DNA of 60,275 bases, filler included, from Circinaria calcarea (GCA_051942165.1; 8 parts of 8 records of this genome joined end to end with filler, not necessarily neighbours in it); one strand, 5' to 3'; positions 37,765 through 50,270 are shown, numbered from the whole stretch's first letter. Notes: generated by a model from the letters alone, not told the origin. Numbers and translations: made by a program.

Positions 37765-38339
37765 CGTTATCGGAACTCATGCGACATCAACCCTGGCCTT
37801 GTCATGAGTATTTGAGTTGGGGGAGCCCGTCAACTGGGCCTAAATGCTCCTACTGTGTGACATTTTCCTCGAACGCAAGTATATCCGAATGCAATGGCAA
37901 GAAAGGAGGAAAGGGGTACTATGAACCCATGCCCATGGAACTTGACGGGTGGGGGACTCGATGGACAGGATGTCCACAGCAACTCCAGGAAGGACAAAAG
38001 CCAGGACATGCTTACCGTCACCACCGCCACTACCACACTTTATTAAGGGAAAGTTGCGGGTTCTGTCACACCAGCTACTATCATCATAAACATGGAGATA
38101 GTCAGGCACCACCACGTTTAAATGAAGAATCCACTTTCGACAGCAATGTGGATAGCAGTTCTGGACCACCTGAGTTACTCATGGACGATGACCATTTGGC
38201 TTCTCCTGATGATGAAATCTCGCTAGATGGACTGACATCCTGCGACCTCGATGACATCCTTTTGAAGCTCAAGACGGAACGTGAAGAATGTGTCAACAAC
38301 ATCAAGCTCTGGGAGAGCGCACTACAAACCATCTCTTGA
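37765..38339 (+). CDS. C-terminal part of a hypothetical protein (Cys/His-rich, acidic linker, terminal coiled coil)
   Basis: Open frame from the contig start. 'LSELMRHQ' resembles a zinc-finger helix, and the ORF ends in heptad-like 'LDDILLKLKTEREECVNNIKLWESAL'. Confidence 0.45.
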
Positions 38340-39021
38340 ATAGCTGCGACCGCTACCATGTGGTAACGGCTTAAGCTGCCGCTTCCAAGTGTCATGGACA
38401 CGTCGCGTTCAGCGCATGGTTTGCTCTGCAAATCATGCAAGAATGGATTGCCATCACCCACATCCTTTACGGTCTATCTCTTCATCCTCGATAATACTAC
38501 CTATAAGTCACCTCTTCTTTAATTGCTGGAATTAACGACAGCGAACTGGGTTTCATTGATAAACACTCGTTTGGCCTGACTGATTTTCGCAGCGTTGAAC
38601 ATGGTTTGAAGTTTTGTTTCACGGCGTGTAACTTTTCATTTTCTTTGCCTTAGACACACTTTCCTAGCTTGATCTTTTCGTAAGATCGCTAAATACCATC
38701 GTGTTCTAGAAGTTTAGGATTTAGTCACGAACCGCTCTGCACCTCACCAGACCAAATAGGCCTATATATGGGGAGCAAGCGCAAATGCAGCCAATCGGAA
38801 TGATAATAAACTCGATACTAATCTAACAGAGTCTGATGTTTTGGCTGGCTCTTTGCTCTTTTACATGAAGATTTAAACTCTGCTAACATTTGTATAGATC
38901 AGCCCTGACTGCCGTAATCAAGCAAAATGGCGCGGATTCAATCCTACACTTTCTCAGTACACAGCAGTAGTCTCGAGATTTAAGTGCTAAACTTGCTGAT
39001 GATAAGATAGGCAATCCACAT

Positions 39022-40185
39022 ATGCTAAAGGTAAATACATCGGCTAATATAGAAGATCATACACAAAAGAGTGAGTCAGATGGAACGGGCGATTCACTCA
39101 CAGAATCACAACGATTGCGATCAGTTGAAATGAGTCTAGGAAGTCTACCGCCAAATCAGACGTTGGTCTCTCCAGATGAATCGGATACGATAGAGCTTAT
39201 TGATAGCAGGGACGGTCCGAATGGAAAAGTCAAGGCAGCGGCACGTTGTTTGCGATGCTCAAAAGAGCTAAGCAACAAACAAACCTTGAGACGGCACTGC
39301 CACGATGTTCATGGGGTGAATCCAGACCTTACACCCGTTGAAGTTCGAACCTTTCCATGTCCGGAGCCTCTTTGCACGAGTAAAACTTTCAAGAGAAGGA
39401 CCCAACTATATGCCCACATGAGAGCCGTTCACAATGGCAAATCTCGAGGACGAGGCAGAAGACTTCCTCGCGCGACTGACACACCACAGACTCCTTTGCT
39501 GGAGGAACAACTTGGTTCCTTCGCCGACGATAGATGTAACATAAGGGAAGACCAACTCAAGGACATTTTCTCCGATTGTTTGATGCTCCTTCCGCAAACT
39601 AATGATGGGAACGATTCGGAGAGCTTGAGAAACCCGTCACAGACACAGGAAAATGGGCCTGAATGCTCTTGGGGTCCGGGAGCAATTTACCCTTGGCAAA
39701 CGCATCCATCGGAGACGAAACTAATCGATTCAACCGAGATAGCACTACGCTGCGACAATACTTCTCTCAAGCAGATCAGCATTAATCAAGACGATGATGA
39801 ACATGCCCCGTTTTATCCTTCCCCTAGATACACGCGCAACGTGGGAAAGATCAGCCCGAGCCATATCAAAGAACATCCAATACTGCCACTTGAGACCTTT
39901 AGCGACTTTGATGATGTAGATTTACGAGACATCGAGGACGGTTTCCAGGCCTTGAACGAAACTGGTGATGTTGATGTGGCGGGAGACATGGAAGATCAAA
40001 CGAAAAGAAAGATGTACTTGGCTATAGAGGAGAAGTACAGGGAGCTAAGTGATCTCGACGAGGAGATTCAGAAGATTGAAGAGCTTCAATCGAAGAGGAG
40101 CAAGGTTAGCAAAGACATTACTAGCTTAGAGGGTAAGCTGCAAAGGATACTTCCCTGTACCTGGAGCGGACTCGTGGAATCCTGA
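39022..40185 (+). CDS. C2H2 zinc-finger protein with a C-terminal coiled coil (start uncertain)
   Basis: 'CLRCSKELSNKQTLRRHCHDVH' and 'FPCPEPLCTSKTFKRRTQLYAHMRAVH'. Heptads 'LSDLDEEIQKIEELQSKRSKVSKDITSLEGKL'. Confidence 0.78.
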   Translation: MLKVNTSANIEDHTQKSESDGTGDSLTESQRLRSVEMSLGSLPPNQTLVSPDESDTIELIDSRDGPNGKVKAAARCLRCSKELSNKQTLRRHCHDVHGVNPDLTPVEVRTFPCPEPLCTSKTFKRRTQLYAHMRAVHNGKSRGRGRRLPRATDTPQTPLLEEQLGSFADDRCNIREDQLKDIFSDCLMLLPQTNDGNDSESLRNPSQTQENGPECSWGPGAIYPWQTHPSETKLIDSTEIALRCDNTSLKQISINQDDDEHAPFYPSPRYTRNVGKISPSHIKEHPILPLETFSDFDDVDLRDIEDGFQALNETGDVDVAGDMEDQTKRKMYLAIEEKYRELSDLDEEIQKIEELQSKRSKVSKDITSLEGKLQRILPCTWSGLVES

Positions 40186-41050
40186 TGGATCTTTGCATTT
40201 CAAAGGTTGAGCGACGGCGTCAATGGCATTTGACAAGAGGTGGGTGAGGGTGAAATCAGCGGTGTCCTGGAGGATTCGGCCTGCACCTGATCAAGGTGAC
40301 TTTCCTTTTCGCTATATCGGATTTTCGAATCAATGCAATCGTAAGATACACATTTTGGGGTTTTTACAAACTCTATTATGTAAAAAGCGGTGAAAGGCTC
40401 CCTTTCCCGTCGCCTATTCATCTCGTTTCCTACCCGGATTGTACGTTTGCACGTAAACTTGCCTCTTATCAAAGTTGAGCAAAAACGATAGTGAGGGTCG
40501 GACTACGAACGTGGAGAGGCTGGAGATCCATAATAGTGGGAAATGGGGTGGGAAAGAGATAGAGGACATCTTGGTGTGGGGATAAAGTCTACGCCTTAAG
40601 AATCACAAGATGGTGGATGACAGTGAAGAGGTGATTCCCTCATACGAAAGGCGATCAGGTCAACTTGTTGGGTTCAACCGAACGCCACTAAAGGCTAAGT
40701 TTACCCTACAGATGATTTGTTTTCCTCGTGCTCCTTGGCAGAGGGATCTTGGGAGAACTCCATTGGATACATGGAGTTGGTGTCTTCCTAACGTGCCTTG
40801 TGAAGCAATGCCTCACCTAGGAAGCTGAAGCAATTAAGTATCCACAGTGACAAATGTACCAGAGGCTGTGGACCCAATGTGGTACCGCCTTCCCTAGGTA
40901 GTTACATGTTATTTGATTTGTCATACCAAGCAACAGCTGGCTTGGCAACCACTCACTGCTGTCGAATAGCGCGAGACGAAAAACCTAAATGTATCTGCAC
41001 ATTGATATAGGAGCTATCCGGCGCCCCAATACGAAAACGAGACAAGCTGC

Positions 41051-42832
41051 CTAGAGCAACCCTTGCTTTTGTAAACTATACCACCGTTAGCTGCAACCTA
41101 TGACAGTCCATCACACAGATACGTACTCATAGTAAACCTTCTCCGGCATGACATTCCCATCTGCATCTTCCATCTGTACAATGTTTTCCCCGCCCGCCTT
41201 CTCCATCTTCTTGTCTCTTTGGATCTTGTCCCACAACTTCAGTGCGTCCTGAATGCCCGTGATTTCCCGGAACAAGGTTGTATTCGTGATGCCCAGACAC
41301 CTCAGGCCGTAAATGTGTCTGGTCTCGTTGAAGTGCTTGTCAAACGCCCTCCGCCCCATGTATACAAAGTTTCCGCAGATCTCGCAGGAGAACTCCACGC
41401 CCAAGCCATGGAGCTTGTACAGCCAGTAGGGTATGGGTTTGCCGTCCCACGCTAATGGAAGTTTGAGGGGGTTGTAGATCTTTTCGTCATCGTCGGAGCC
41501 CGACTCGTCGTCACCGTTTCGAGGCGCAACCTCTGTTGACTCGGCGAATAAGGCATCTAGTTCCATCTGTCTCTCCCGTTCGGTCATCCCCTGTTTCCGT
41601 TCAACGTTGACCCGGGTGTCAGCACGCTGAGTTTGCAATATTCCGGCTAATTTCTTGACACGGAACTCACGTTCCGCTATCGCACGTTCTTTTAGTCGTT
41701 GAACGGTGTTCCCTCTGCTACTGGCATGACCATTCGTTTTCTGGGCGTTTGCCCCGTTTGTAGGTCCATTCGCTTTCCTCAGCTCAGCAGCTTTTATATG
41801 CTTTTTCCCGCTGAGGTGATTCTTGTATACGTTGTCATTCTTAAACTCCTTTTCGCAATCCGGACACCAAATACCCTCCCCGGTTCCCTCTGTTATCGGC
41901 GCACTTGGCCCTACAGCCTGAGCCTCCTTTCCCCACCCAGGAACTTCGTTTGCTTCCCACGCTTTTTCAAAGTCTCGGTCAAAAGATGCAAAGATCTTTT
42001 CCAAATCTTCCAAAGGCCTTGTGCGTTTCAGAAAGTCCTCTAGGTAAGTTGCTAAACGACCTACGTAGCCAAAATATTGATCTGTGCTCTTGTCTGCTCG
42101 TTTGATAGGACATTGGGGAGGGGTGAATGTATCAAACGCGTCCAGGTACTGGATGTAAGATAGCCTCTTTACACCTGGTAAGTTGAGGTAGTCCTCGTGT
42201 AGAGTGGTGAGATCTAGGAATTTTCCAAAGGCTTCTTCCCCAGTGAACATGTTATCGACTTCCAGAGTAGCCGATTCGCCTTCACCCGGTGCTTTTCTTT
42301 TGTATGCCCTCTCTAAGTTTTCCACCGGCTCATTCGGGTACCTCCTGTGAAAGTCTTTGATTTCACCAAGTTGCTTGTAGAACTCATCGAATGGATCTCC
42401 AGTAGATATTGCCTGTATTTCGCGCGTACGAGCGCCTTCTGCATCTTTATAGATTTCGAGTAATCGCTTGGACTGCTCCTGGATGCGAGTGAGGAAGCCC
42501 GATATTTGGTGGTCGCGGTTCAGTCGCTCTCGAATCTACAGCTCATACGTTAGCGACCTAGGCCATGCAATGTACGAGAGGAATCAACCCACATATTTTG
42601 GCTCTTCTAATATGCGATCGCTAATACCTTGTTCGAGGCGTTCGAGATCTGTAGAATTAGCAAAGGGCTTCTCATAAAGTTGTCTTCAGCCCGTCTGGCA
42701 TTGACCACCGAAGTACCGTACTCAGCGCGACAGCAAAATTACTTTTTACAGAATAGAAGAGATCTCTTAGGAAGAGATATGCGCCAAGCTTAACGTACCT
42801 TCATGAAGAAACCTTTGATCCTCGAGAAGCAT
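41051..42832 (-). CDS. PRP9: Splicing factor SF3a60 / Prp9
   Basis: 'MLLEDQRFLHE|DLERLEQ', 'FTGEEAFGKFLDL', 'YNPLKLPLAWDGKPIPYWLYKLHGL', zinc finger 'CEICGN...HFNETRH' and 'VYY.|LQKQGLL*'. Three introns. Confidence 0.96.
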
Positions 42833-43106
42833 TTTGTCAATGTTGGACTTGGAAGGTTATGGAATTGGTGATCAAATTAGGTCACGGTAAAGTTGGAGGA
42901 TCAAGAGAGCTCGTAGATCTCGTAGCAGGGGTTTCAACGAGCAATTGAGGGAATGAAAAGACCTTGATGGTGTTGAAAAGGCGTCAATTCACCGACCAAT
43001 CAGATCTTGATGAACCCTGCGCTAGTAAATCCGTGTCTTTGCGATTGGAATTCAGCCTTCATCAGACCTTCACGGGTAGTTCAGACATCACACAATCACA
43101 GACATC

Positions 43107-44453
43107 ATGGCCGACGGTATTGACAGAAAAGCGGAGGGTGAGTGCCCACCAGAGTACCAGGTATAGGTCTTTGCTAAGACTGCGCAGAGAGGATGGAATT
43201 CTCAACGTCCAAGGAGGTGACTGTTGCGCCAACGTTCGAAGCCATGCACCTGAAGGAGAATCTTCTGCGTGGAATCTACGCCTACGGATACGAGTCTCCC
43301 TCTGCAGTACAATCTCGTGCAATCGTCCAGATATGCAAAGGTCGAGACACTATTGCCCAGGCGCAATCCGGTACAGGAAAGACAGCTACCTTTTCCATCA
43401 GTATGCTTCAGGTCATTGACACAGCGGTTCGAGAGACGCAAGCGCTAGTACTTTCCCCTACTCGAGAACTCGCGACCCAAATTCAATCCGTGGTAATGGC
43501 CCTTGGCGATTACATGAACGTTCAGTGTCATGCCTGTATTGGAGGGACAAACGTTGGAGAAGACATTCGCAAGCTCGATTATGGACAGCATATTGTGTCT
43601 GGTACGCCAGGTCGGGTGGCAGATATGATTCGACGTCGAAATTTACGCACACGACATATCAAGATGTTGGTTCTTGATGAAGCTGATGAGCTACTTAATC
43701 GAGGTTTCCGTGAGCAAATCTACGACGTCTATCGCTATCTTCCGCCTGCTACACAAGTTGTGGTCGTCTCCGCTACTCTGCCTTACGATGTCCTGGATAT
43801 GACAACAAAGTTCATGACCGATCCCGTTCGCATTCTAGTCAAGCGTGATGAGTTGACCTTGGAAGGTCTCAAACAATACTTTATCGCTGTTGAAAAAGAA
43901 GAATGGAAGTTTGATACTCTCTGCGATCTTTACGATACCCTCACCATTACCCAAGCTGTCATTTTTTGCAATACTCGAAGGAAGGTCGATTGGCTTACGG
44001 ACAAGATGCGTGAAGCCAATTTTACGGTTTCATCCATGCATGGCGAGATGCCTCAGAAAGAGCGGGATAGTATTATGCAAGATTTCCGCCAAGGTAATTC
44101 TCGAGTCTTGATATCTACCGATGTTTGGGCGCGTGGGATCGATGTGCAGCAAGTTTCGCTGGTGATCAACTACGATCTGCCAAGCAATCGTGAAAACTAC
44201 ATTCATAGAATCGGTCGAAGTGGAAGGTTTGGCCGGAAGGGTGTTGCCATCAACTTTGTTACAAGCGAAGACGTGAGGATTTTGCGTGATATTGAATGTG
44301 AGTCTGCCTTTCATGGTGTCAAGTCTTCAATTGGCTGATGTGATTGCAGTATACTATTCGACCCAAATCGACGAAATGCCAATGAATGGTAAGTCCTTGT
44401 CGTCTTGGAGCTACTCTTTACTAATAAGTTTAGTCGCGGACCTCCTTTCTTAA
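43107..44453 (+). CDS. FAL1: DEAD-box helicase eIF4A-III / Fal1 (exon junction complex core)
   Basis: 'AQSGTGKT', 'PTRELA', 'DEAD', 'SAT', '[14 protein letters not shown]', '[13 protein letters not shown]' and '[16 protein letters not shown]'. Introns near 43138-43188, 44298-44349 and 44389-44433. Confidence 0.96.
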
Positions 44454-45309
44454 GTATCTTGGCCGCTTATGAGAGAACGTTCAGCCCCACAATAGCCAAA
44501 TTGCTAGCAGTTGAAGAATATCTTGCCCAGCCAGCTATGGATTGACGGCGTATGAACAAAAGGGCAAACACAAGTGTGGAGGAAATGGGCACTCATGCCA
44601 TCAGTGAGTGCCCACTTACCTCTAAACCACTTTCCGAGTACTGATCTTTTCTCCAACACTAGCAATCACTTCGGTGCAGATTGGTCATTTTCTTGCTCCG
44701 TTAACCATGCAAGCTGGGTCGTTTTTGGTTCTTTCTATAGCCAAACTAATCACACTCCCAGTTTTAGCAAATAAGGTTCCAGAGTGAGACTCATGTCTGA
44801 AGTTGATTCTATCCCCACTGTGCTGGTGTAGTTGCAACAAAATTGACTCCATGCTTCCTATCTCTTCCCGGCTTCCCGCATTGATAGTTGCAGTCCTCGC
44901 CCACTCCCCATCAACTCTCACCCTGTCTTCACGAATACCCGTTTTGCCTCTTCGGTACTAGAAACCCCCAAACGGCTCCCAGTCACTATCCGAACGCTCT
45001 CACAAGTGGACCCGTCCGGTGTTATCCTCCGTCTCCCTTCCCTCTCCGCGCCCTATCCCTAGCTAGCACTTTCCTCCCCCCTTCCCATCCTCTATCTTCA
45101 CCATCCCAGTTCCCCCTCATCCAAACCTTCCAATCAAGGCACCAACCCACATATCTCCTTCCCTCACCATCTCCGTACCTCCTCCACATATCTCCCTCCC
45201 CCTTCCCCCNNNNNNNNNNNNNNNNNNNNNNNNNNNNNNNNNNNNNNNNNNNNTTAATTAATTAANNNNNNNNNNNNNNNNNNNNNNNNNNNNNNNNNNN
45301 NNNNNNNNN

Positions 45310-45724
45310 TCGCCTGCCTACATCTACCATCGGGCAAACTCTCTCCACCCTTCTACCCTCCATCACCCATCTTTCCACTCTCGCCCAAGGCGCACCACAA
45401 GCGTTCGAACTCCTGATTAAGCTCGGCGGAAACATCAATTCGCACAACACCGGCGAGGAGAGCGAAGCGGATGTCAAGAGCACAGCAGACTTCTACACGC
45501 GACTGGATGAAACAATGGTGGATGTCATCCGGCGGAGAATTGAGCAAGGCAATGCAGGAGAGGAGTCGCCCGAGTGGCAGATCGGTAGGGATGTAAAGCG
45601 ACTGGAGAAGACGGGCGCGTTTTTGAGAAGCGAGATGGGATTGCAAAACTATTTCCCGAGGAGCCTGGAAGTACTAAGGTATGAAACAAAGAGAGGGGAG
45701 GGAGTGACGAGATACTCGCCATGA
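45310..45724 (+). CDS. C-terminal part of a hypothetical fungal protein (5' truncated)
   Basis: Open frame from the contig start: 'LLPSITHLSTLAQGAPQAFELLIKLGGNINSH...FYTRLDETMVDVIRRR...YFPRSLEVL'. Confidence 0.6.
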
Positions 45725-46433
45725 TTGACCTCTTTGCAATGGGGTAACAAAGTGCGATTACGAGTTTACGACGATATGCCATTGGGAAGGGAAAAACTGG
45801 ACATATAGCCGGGTGATTGTGGTAATAGGTATTTGCGTACATTCAGGCCTATTGTTGATACCTGTATGTAAATAATGCTTTAGCTGAGTGTGTGTATCGC
45901 TGGCTCGGGAAAAGCTGCTCATTTTACCTTTCAAGCCGTGTTCCTCTCAGTGTTTCTCTTCTGGTGTATTGCGAGGGTTATGACACAACAGGCTTAGCTC
46001 GGATCGTCTATTGCCCACACCGTGAGTCCTTTATACTCACCGTCTAATTCACAGGGCTCAGCCTCGTGGGTTCACAGCTGCATTGGGATACCGGTGTGAA
46101 TGTGGCTGCAGGCGGTTTATCTTAATGGCCAGATGCTGTATAACATCGGTTCGACTGCAGTGATCAGTCGGAACACGATACGAGGCATATTATTGACTTG
46201 GCATGGATGGTAAGGCTCATCGACGGTTTTCCTTGCCTGTACCTTATATCCAGTGCCTTGATGGCTTTCAGATCTCATCGGTCATTTGGCTTTGCTCTCC
46301 TGATTACGAGCTCTCGTGATCCATTCAAGTAACGCTGCGTTATCGTCCATTTGATACTACTGTCGTGACTCAGGCAAAGAGCTCGGTTTATACCGTCCCC
46401 AGTGTATTAGTGGTCGGGCATTTCTTAGAAACC

Positions 46434-47558
46434 ATGTCCATCTGCCCCCTTGATGCCCCAATTCCTAATACCTCTCTGCTCTACATCGATGTCCTAAACG
46501 CCCCTCACCAAGGCGATCTAGGTAATTGGTACCTACGACCGGACGCAGGCGGCGCAATCATCCCTTGGGTCTACACTATCATCATCTTCGTCCTACACAC
46601 CCCGACGGTCATCATTCGCGTTGTTAAATGGGAGATAGTACAGACATGGTGTCTCCTATCCACGACGCTGACCGTTGCGGTGTACATCCAAGCTTATGTA
46701 TCCACCAAGTTCGCAGCGGATAAGATCTTGACCTGGACGCCGATTTTGCTGCTCATTGACGCGGGGAGCATGCTGCAGCTCTTCATGCTCGTTGTCGAAG
46801 CGGGGGATCTGGTGCCGCGGGTCAGGCAGCGAGTCCGCAGCGCCTGGCAAAGCGCGAGAGAGCAGATTCTACCTCATGGATCGTGGAAAAAGGAGCGGGA
46901 AGTGGAGGAGCCTCTTCTCATAGATTCCCGCCCATTATGGAAGGACCGTACCTTCCGGGTTGCCGCTCTGGCACTCGTTTTCCTCCTGGTCGTCGTCAGC
47001 CTCCAGGTCCTAGGCCTCCAAGCGACTGTCAAGCTCGCCCGCGCCAACAACACACCCCTTGTACCGTGGTGCTCACCTCTGCTGCAGCCGTTCGGTGTCG
47101 CGCTTATTGACGGCGACTGCCACAAGTATGGCGCGAAGCGGCATGAACATCGCGTTGGTGTTGGATGCGTTCTAATTCCAGGCAAGCATCAGAGGGCGTG
47201 GATTATGCTGACGCTGGTGGTTTCGAGTATGGCACTGGTGGTGGAGACAGTGGATTTGGTGATCCTAATGCTAGTCAACTCGAAGAGTAAGTGGAATGGG
47301 GTGAAGATGAAGCGGCCATGGTGTACGATGTTTGGAGGGCTGGTGGTTCTGGGTATCATCCTCGGGTTTGGTATCATGTATGCGCAAGATCTGCCACCGG
47401 GCATCTCGGCGAGGGTAACGGTCGTCATGGATCTGGGAAACAAGACCTTTGTATATACGGGAGGGGTGACGCCGGCAGGGTTGAGGGGGGCGATGATTGG
47501 GTGGAATGATGGTCTGTTTTCGAGCTGGGGCGAGCTTTACTATGGGAACGGGGATTAA
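46434..47558 (+). CDS. Intronless multi-pass membrane protein of unknown function
   Basis: About 375 aa from the ATG at 46434, with roughly six hydrophobic segments and a Cys-containing loop ('WCSPLLQPFG...DGDC...GVGC'). Confidence 0.75.
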   Translation: MSICPLDAPIPNTSLLYIDVLNAPHQGDLGNWYLRPDAGGAIIPWVYTIIIFVLHTPTVIIRVVKWEIVQTWCLLSTTLTVAVYIQAYVSTKFAADKILTWTPILLLIDAGSMLQLFMLVVEAGDLVPRVRQRVRSAWQSAREQILPHGSWKKEREVEEPLLIDSRPLWKDRTFRVAALALVFLLVVVSLQVLGLQATVKLARANNTPLVPWCSPLLQPFGVALIDGDCHKYGAKRHEHRVGVGCVLIPGKHQRAWIMLTLVVSSMALVVETVDLVILMLVNSKSKWNGVKMKRPWCTMFGGLVVLGIILGFGIMYAQDLPPGISARVTVVMDLGNKTFVYTGGVTPAGLRGAMIGWNDGLFSSWGELYYGNGD

Positions 47559-48089
47559 TAGGTTAATGGTGTTGTGTATTGAATCAAGGTGCTACGCTCC
47601 TGCTACTCCTGCAAACGATCAACATGATTACTTGCAGTCAAATCATCCCCGCCACACAGCCCAAAAGTATTCGAAGGGTAAGATGGATAATTATAGCCAC
47701 TTCAATCAGCCTGGGCAGTACTAGCCTATATAGCGCCAGCAAGAGACGGTAATGAAACAGCAAGCTTCTTACAACCCCAAAATTCTTGTAAGAAAAGCCC
47801 AACAATTACTGTATACAGTTTTCAAAGTTGAACTTTATTTGTTCCTAGAGGTTAAAACTAAAGAGAAGAATTACCTTTAATCAATCGAAAGAAATTGCAG
47901 CAAAGTGGTGTGTAGTCGCGAAAGTTCTGGGAGCACCTCGCAGAATTTTAGGGGATTACGTGGAGGGGTCAGTGGACGAAAATTGAGGGTTGTCAATACG
48001 CAGCTTAATAGTTTTTTCTATGAACTTAGAGCGCACAAGGTTGGGTACAACGTTGCTCAACTTTTATAATGTAGATGAGATACCCGCTT

Positions 48090-49336
48090 TTATTTTAGCT
48101 GATTTATGACAAATGAAATGTGAGCACCGGTAACACTAATGTCCTTCTCAGGATTATATTTCTCGAGGCTGTCCAGAGGTCCGTATTTCTCGCAAAGATA
48201 TAGCATGTCATTATAAGCTCTATAGAGCATCTTTTAGCAGTTTATCGTAACGTTGGGAAGGAACACTCACATTTGCCTCGAAACACTTCCCGGATGTCCT
48301 GCGGAATCATTCAAATACGCATGGATGCTGCAAAGCCGATTACGGTCCTCCCATTCCTCCACCGGCTCTGAAGGTTCGAAATGGCGTTGACAAAGTCGCA
48401 TATACATCGGTAAGTTGAAGTGACATGCCCAGGAGCACCTCCATGTTCCAATTCCATTTCATTATGGGCGTAGGTGCACCCAGGATCGAAGACAATAGTC
48501 TCGCCCGTTTTCATGTCAATTCCAACATTCCGTTCCCACAAGTCGCCATGTATCAATGTTGGCGTAATCTCACGGCCGTCAGACTGCAAAGCCCCCAAGA
48601 GTCTCGGTATGACCACATCGACTAGTTGCTTGCAAGCGGCGTCATATTCTGGCCAAGGACCGTTTGTCTCTTTATCATATTTGATGACATCCTTTAGTTG
48701 ATAGGTGAAGGATCTCGCCCAGCTTTTTTCCCAGATTACTGTACGTTCCAATTTGCCGCACACGGTGGGAACAGGATATCAAAAAAATCCGTTTGGAGAC
48801 GTTGCTCTCCGATGAAGCTCTGCTATCTGAGACGTAAAGTGGACTGGTTCCGGAGCTACAGAAAGATCCATATCGTAGAAGTCTACTAGGAAGAAGTGTA
48901 CTTGTGATTCACCATTATGGTACTCTCCCCATCCAGCTGCTTTCGGCACAAATCCTGGTACCAGAGCATCGATGGCAGATGCAGTATGGAATTCGCCCTC
49001 GGCCAAAGCTCGAGCACCCTGCCCTGTTGCGCACTGCGCGGTACCAAATTTATATCAATAAGCATTGATTCAACAGGATGAAGGCAGGTTACTTTTAGAA
49101 AATATCTCTTTGAACTTCCATTTGGCAGGACGACTAAGACCTTCGCAGTTTTCGTCCAGGCAGATATACCACAAGTCTCTGCCGAAACAACCTTCGTACC
49201 TTCGGGCATGACTGCGAAGTTGGTGTCCGTTTTAGCTGATAGATAGCCTATGGGGTGCTTCCTTACCCTCAACAACAGCCTTGTGGATAAGGAAGTTTCC
49301 CTCGACCGCCACCTTCCACTCAGACGAGTCTGACAT
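48090..49336 (-). pseudogene. Fructosamine-3-kinase / ribulosamine kinase family pseudogene
   Basis: 'RYFLK', 'AEGEF', 'IAELH', 'PTLIHGDLWERN' and 'YAHNEME'. In-frame TGA at 48779-48781 ('SPNGFF*YPVPT'). 1-nt frameshift near 48450, after which 'GTWRCSW...SEPVEEWEDRNRL' resumes. Confidence 0.85.
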
Positions 49337-49964
49337 GTTTTGTTGTTTGAATGAGCAAAGGAATCCGGTAGGGACGTTCTTATCTTCTCCCCTGTTACAC
49401 TAACACTCACCGGATCAAGTTTTTAAAGACGCCTCTAGGTTACCATACATTGTCTTACAAACCGTTTTTCTTTTGAATCCCAAGCTGCGTCAGTATGAAA
49501 CAATTGCCAATTGTCGTCTCCCCCGCTAATTGATTCTAAGCTGCAATCACATCATTTCAGCGCATAACAGCTTGAAGTCAGTGAAAGCTCCAGAATGGGA
49601 TTTTGCCAATGATCATTCTGGAAGATAGCTATTGACAAAGTATAGATATAGATTTCGTGCCCTAGGCGTTCCAGTAGCCATATCCTCATGCACAGAAACA
49701 AGCACCAAGATAATGTGCATCTTCTCAGGCGTGACTATCGAGGATTCGGTTTTTGGTTGCTATAAAGTAGCCCATCCTTCACCAAACCTGAGGATCTTTT
49801 CTATAAGGGGAGGATTGCTGACCGCATCGTCCACAATTGGGGTACCAAAAGTAACTGAGAGACGTCTCGGCTGTTGTGTAAAGCTGCCTTGTTCGTTTGA
49901 CCGAATGACTGTTAAGCAATAGTATATCGGCATCGATCAACGGCTTCCACCAAAGTAAGCCCGC

Positions 49965-50270
49965 TCATGTTTGCTGTGTTATCCCTGGTAAATGCTTCCT
50001 GCAAATGTTTTGTGTGACTCGTGTGTTGCCTGCAATAAGTGTTAGTATGCCTATAAGTGGCAGCAGATCGAGATTCCAAGTATACACCTTCTGTTCCCCG
50101 GTGACTTCCTCCACCGTCCCGAGCTCTTTCGCCCATCTTATCGGCAGCCCGGACAGCCGCTTGTAGTTGATATTGTCTTTGTCCTCGAAATTACATATAT
50201 TTTGATGGTCGGCATCGAGCAATGTCCTGGGACAACCAGGCATGCAGGCTGAGGACCCTTTTACAATCTG
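49965..50270 (-). pseudogene. Fragment of the end of a SesB/SERAC1-like alpha/beta-hydrolase domain
   Basis: 'IVKGSSACMPG...LDADHQNICNFEDKDNINYKRL' matches the 'IV..SA...ADH..ICKF..D..Y' tail of this domain. No other part of the gene is evident. Confidence 0.55.

Noticed and set aside
42650..42798. 149-nt PRP9 intron 1 as a nested intron or snoRNA host
   Set aside because: A single GT-AG excision restores the frame, and no convincing internal signals were found.
44880..45209. C-rich contig end with a Pro/Ser-rich ORF
   Set aside because: Low complexity. It may be the G-rich 3' end of a minus-strand gene, but no frame could be supported.
47766..48000. Short inverted repeats (ttcttacaa...ttgtaagaa) suggesting a MITE
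   Set aside because: Too short, with no TSD or matching termini.
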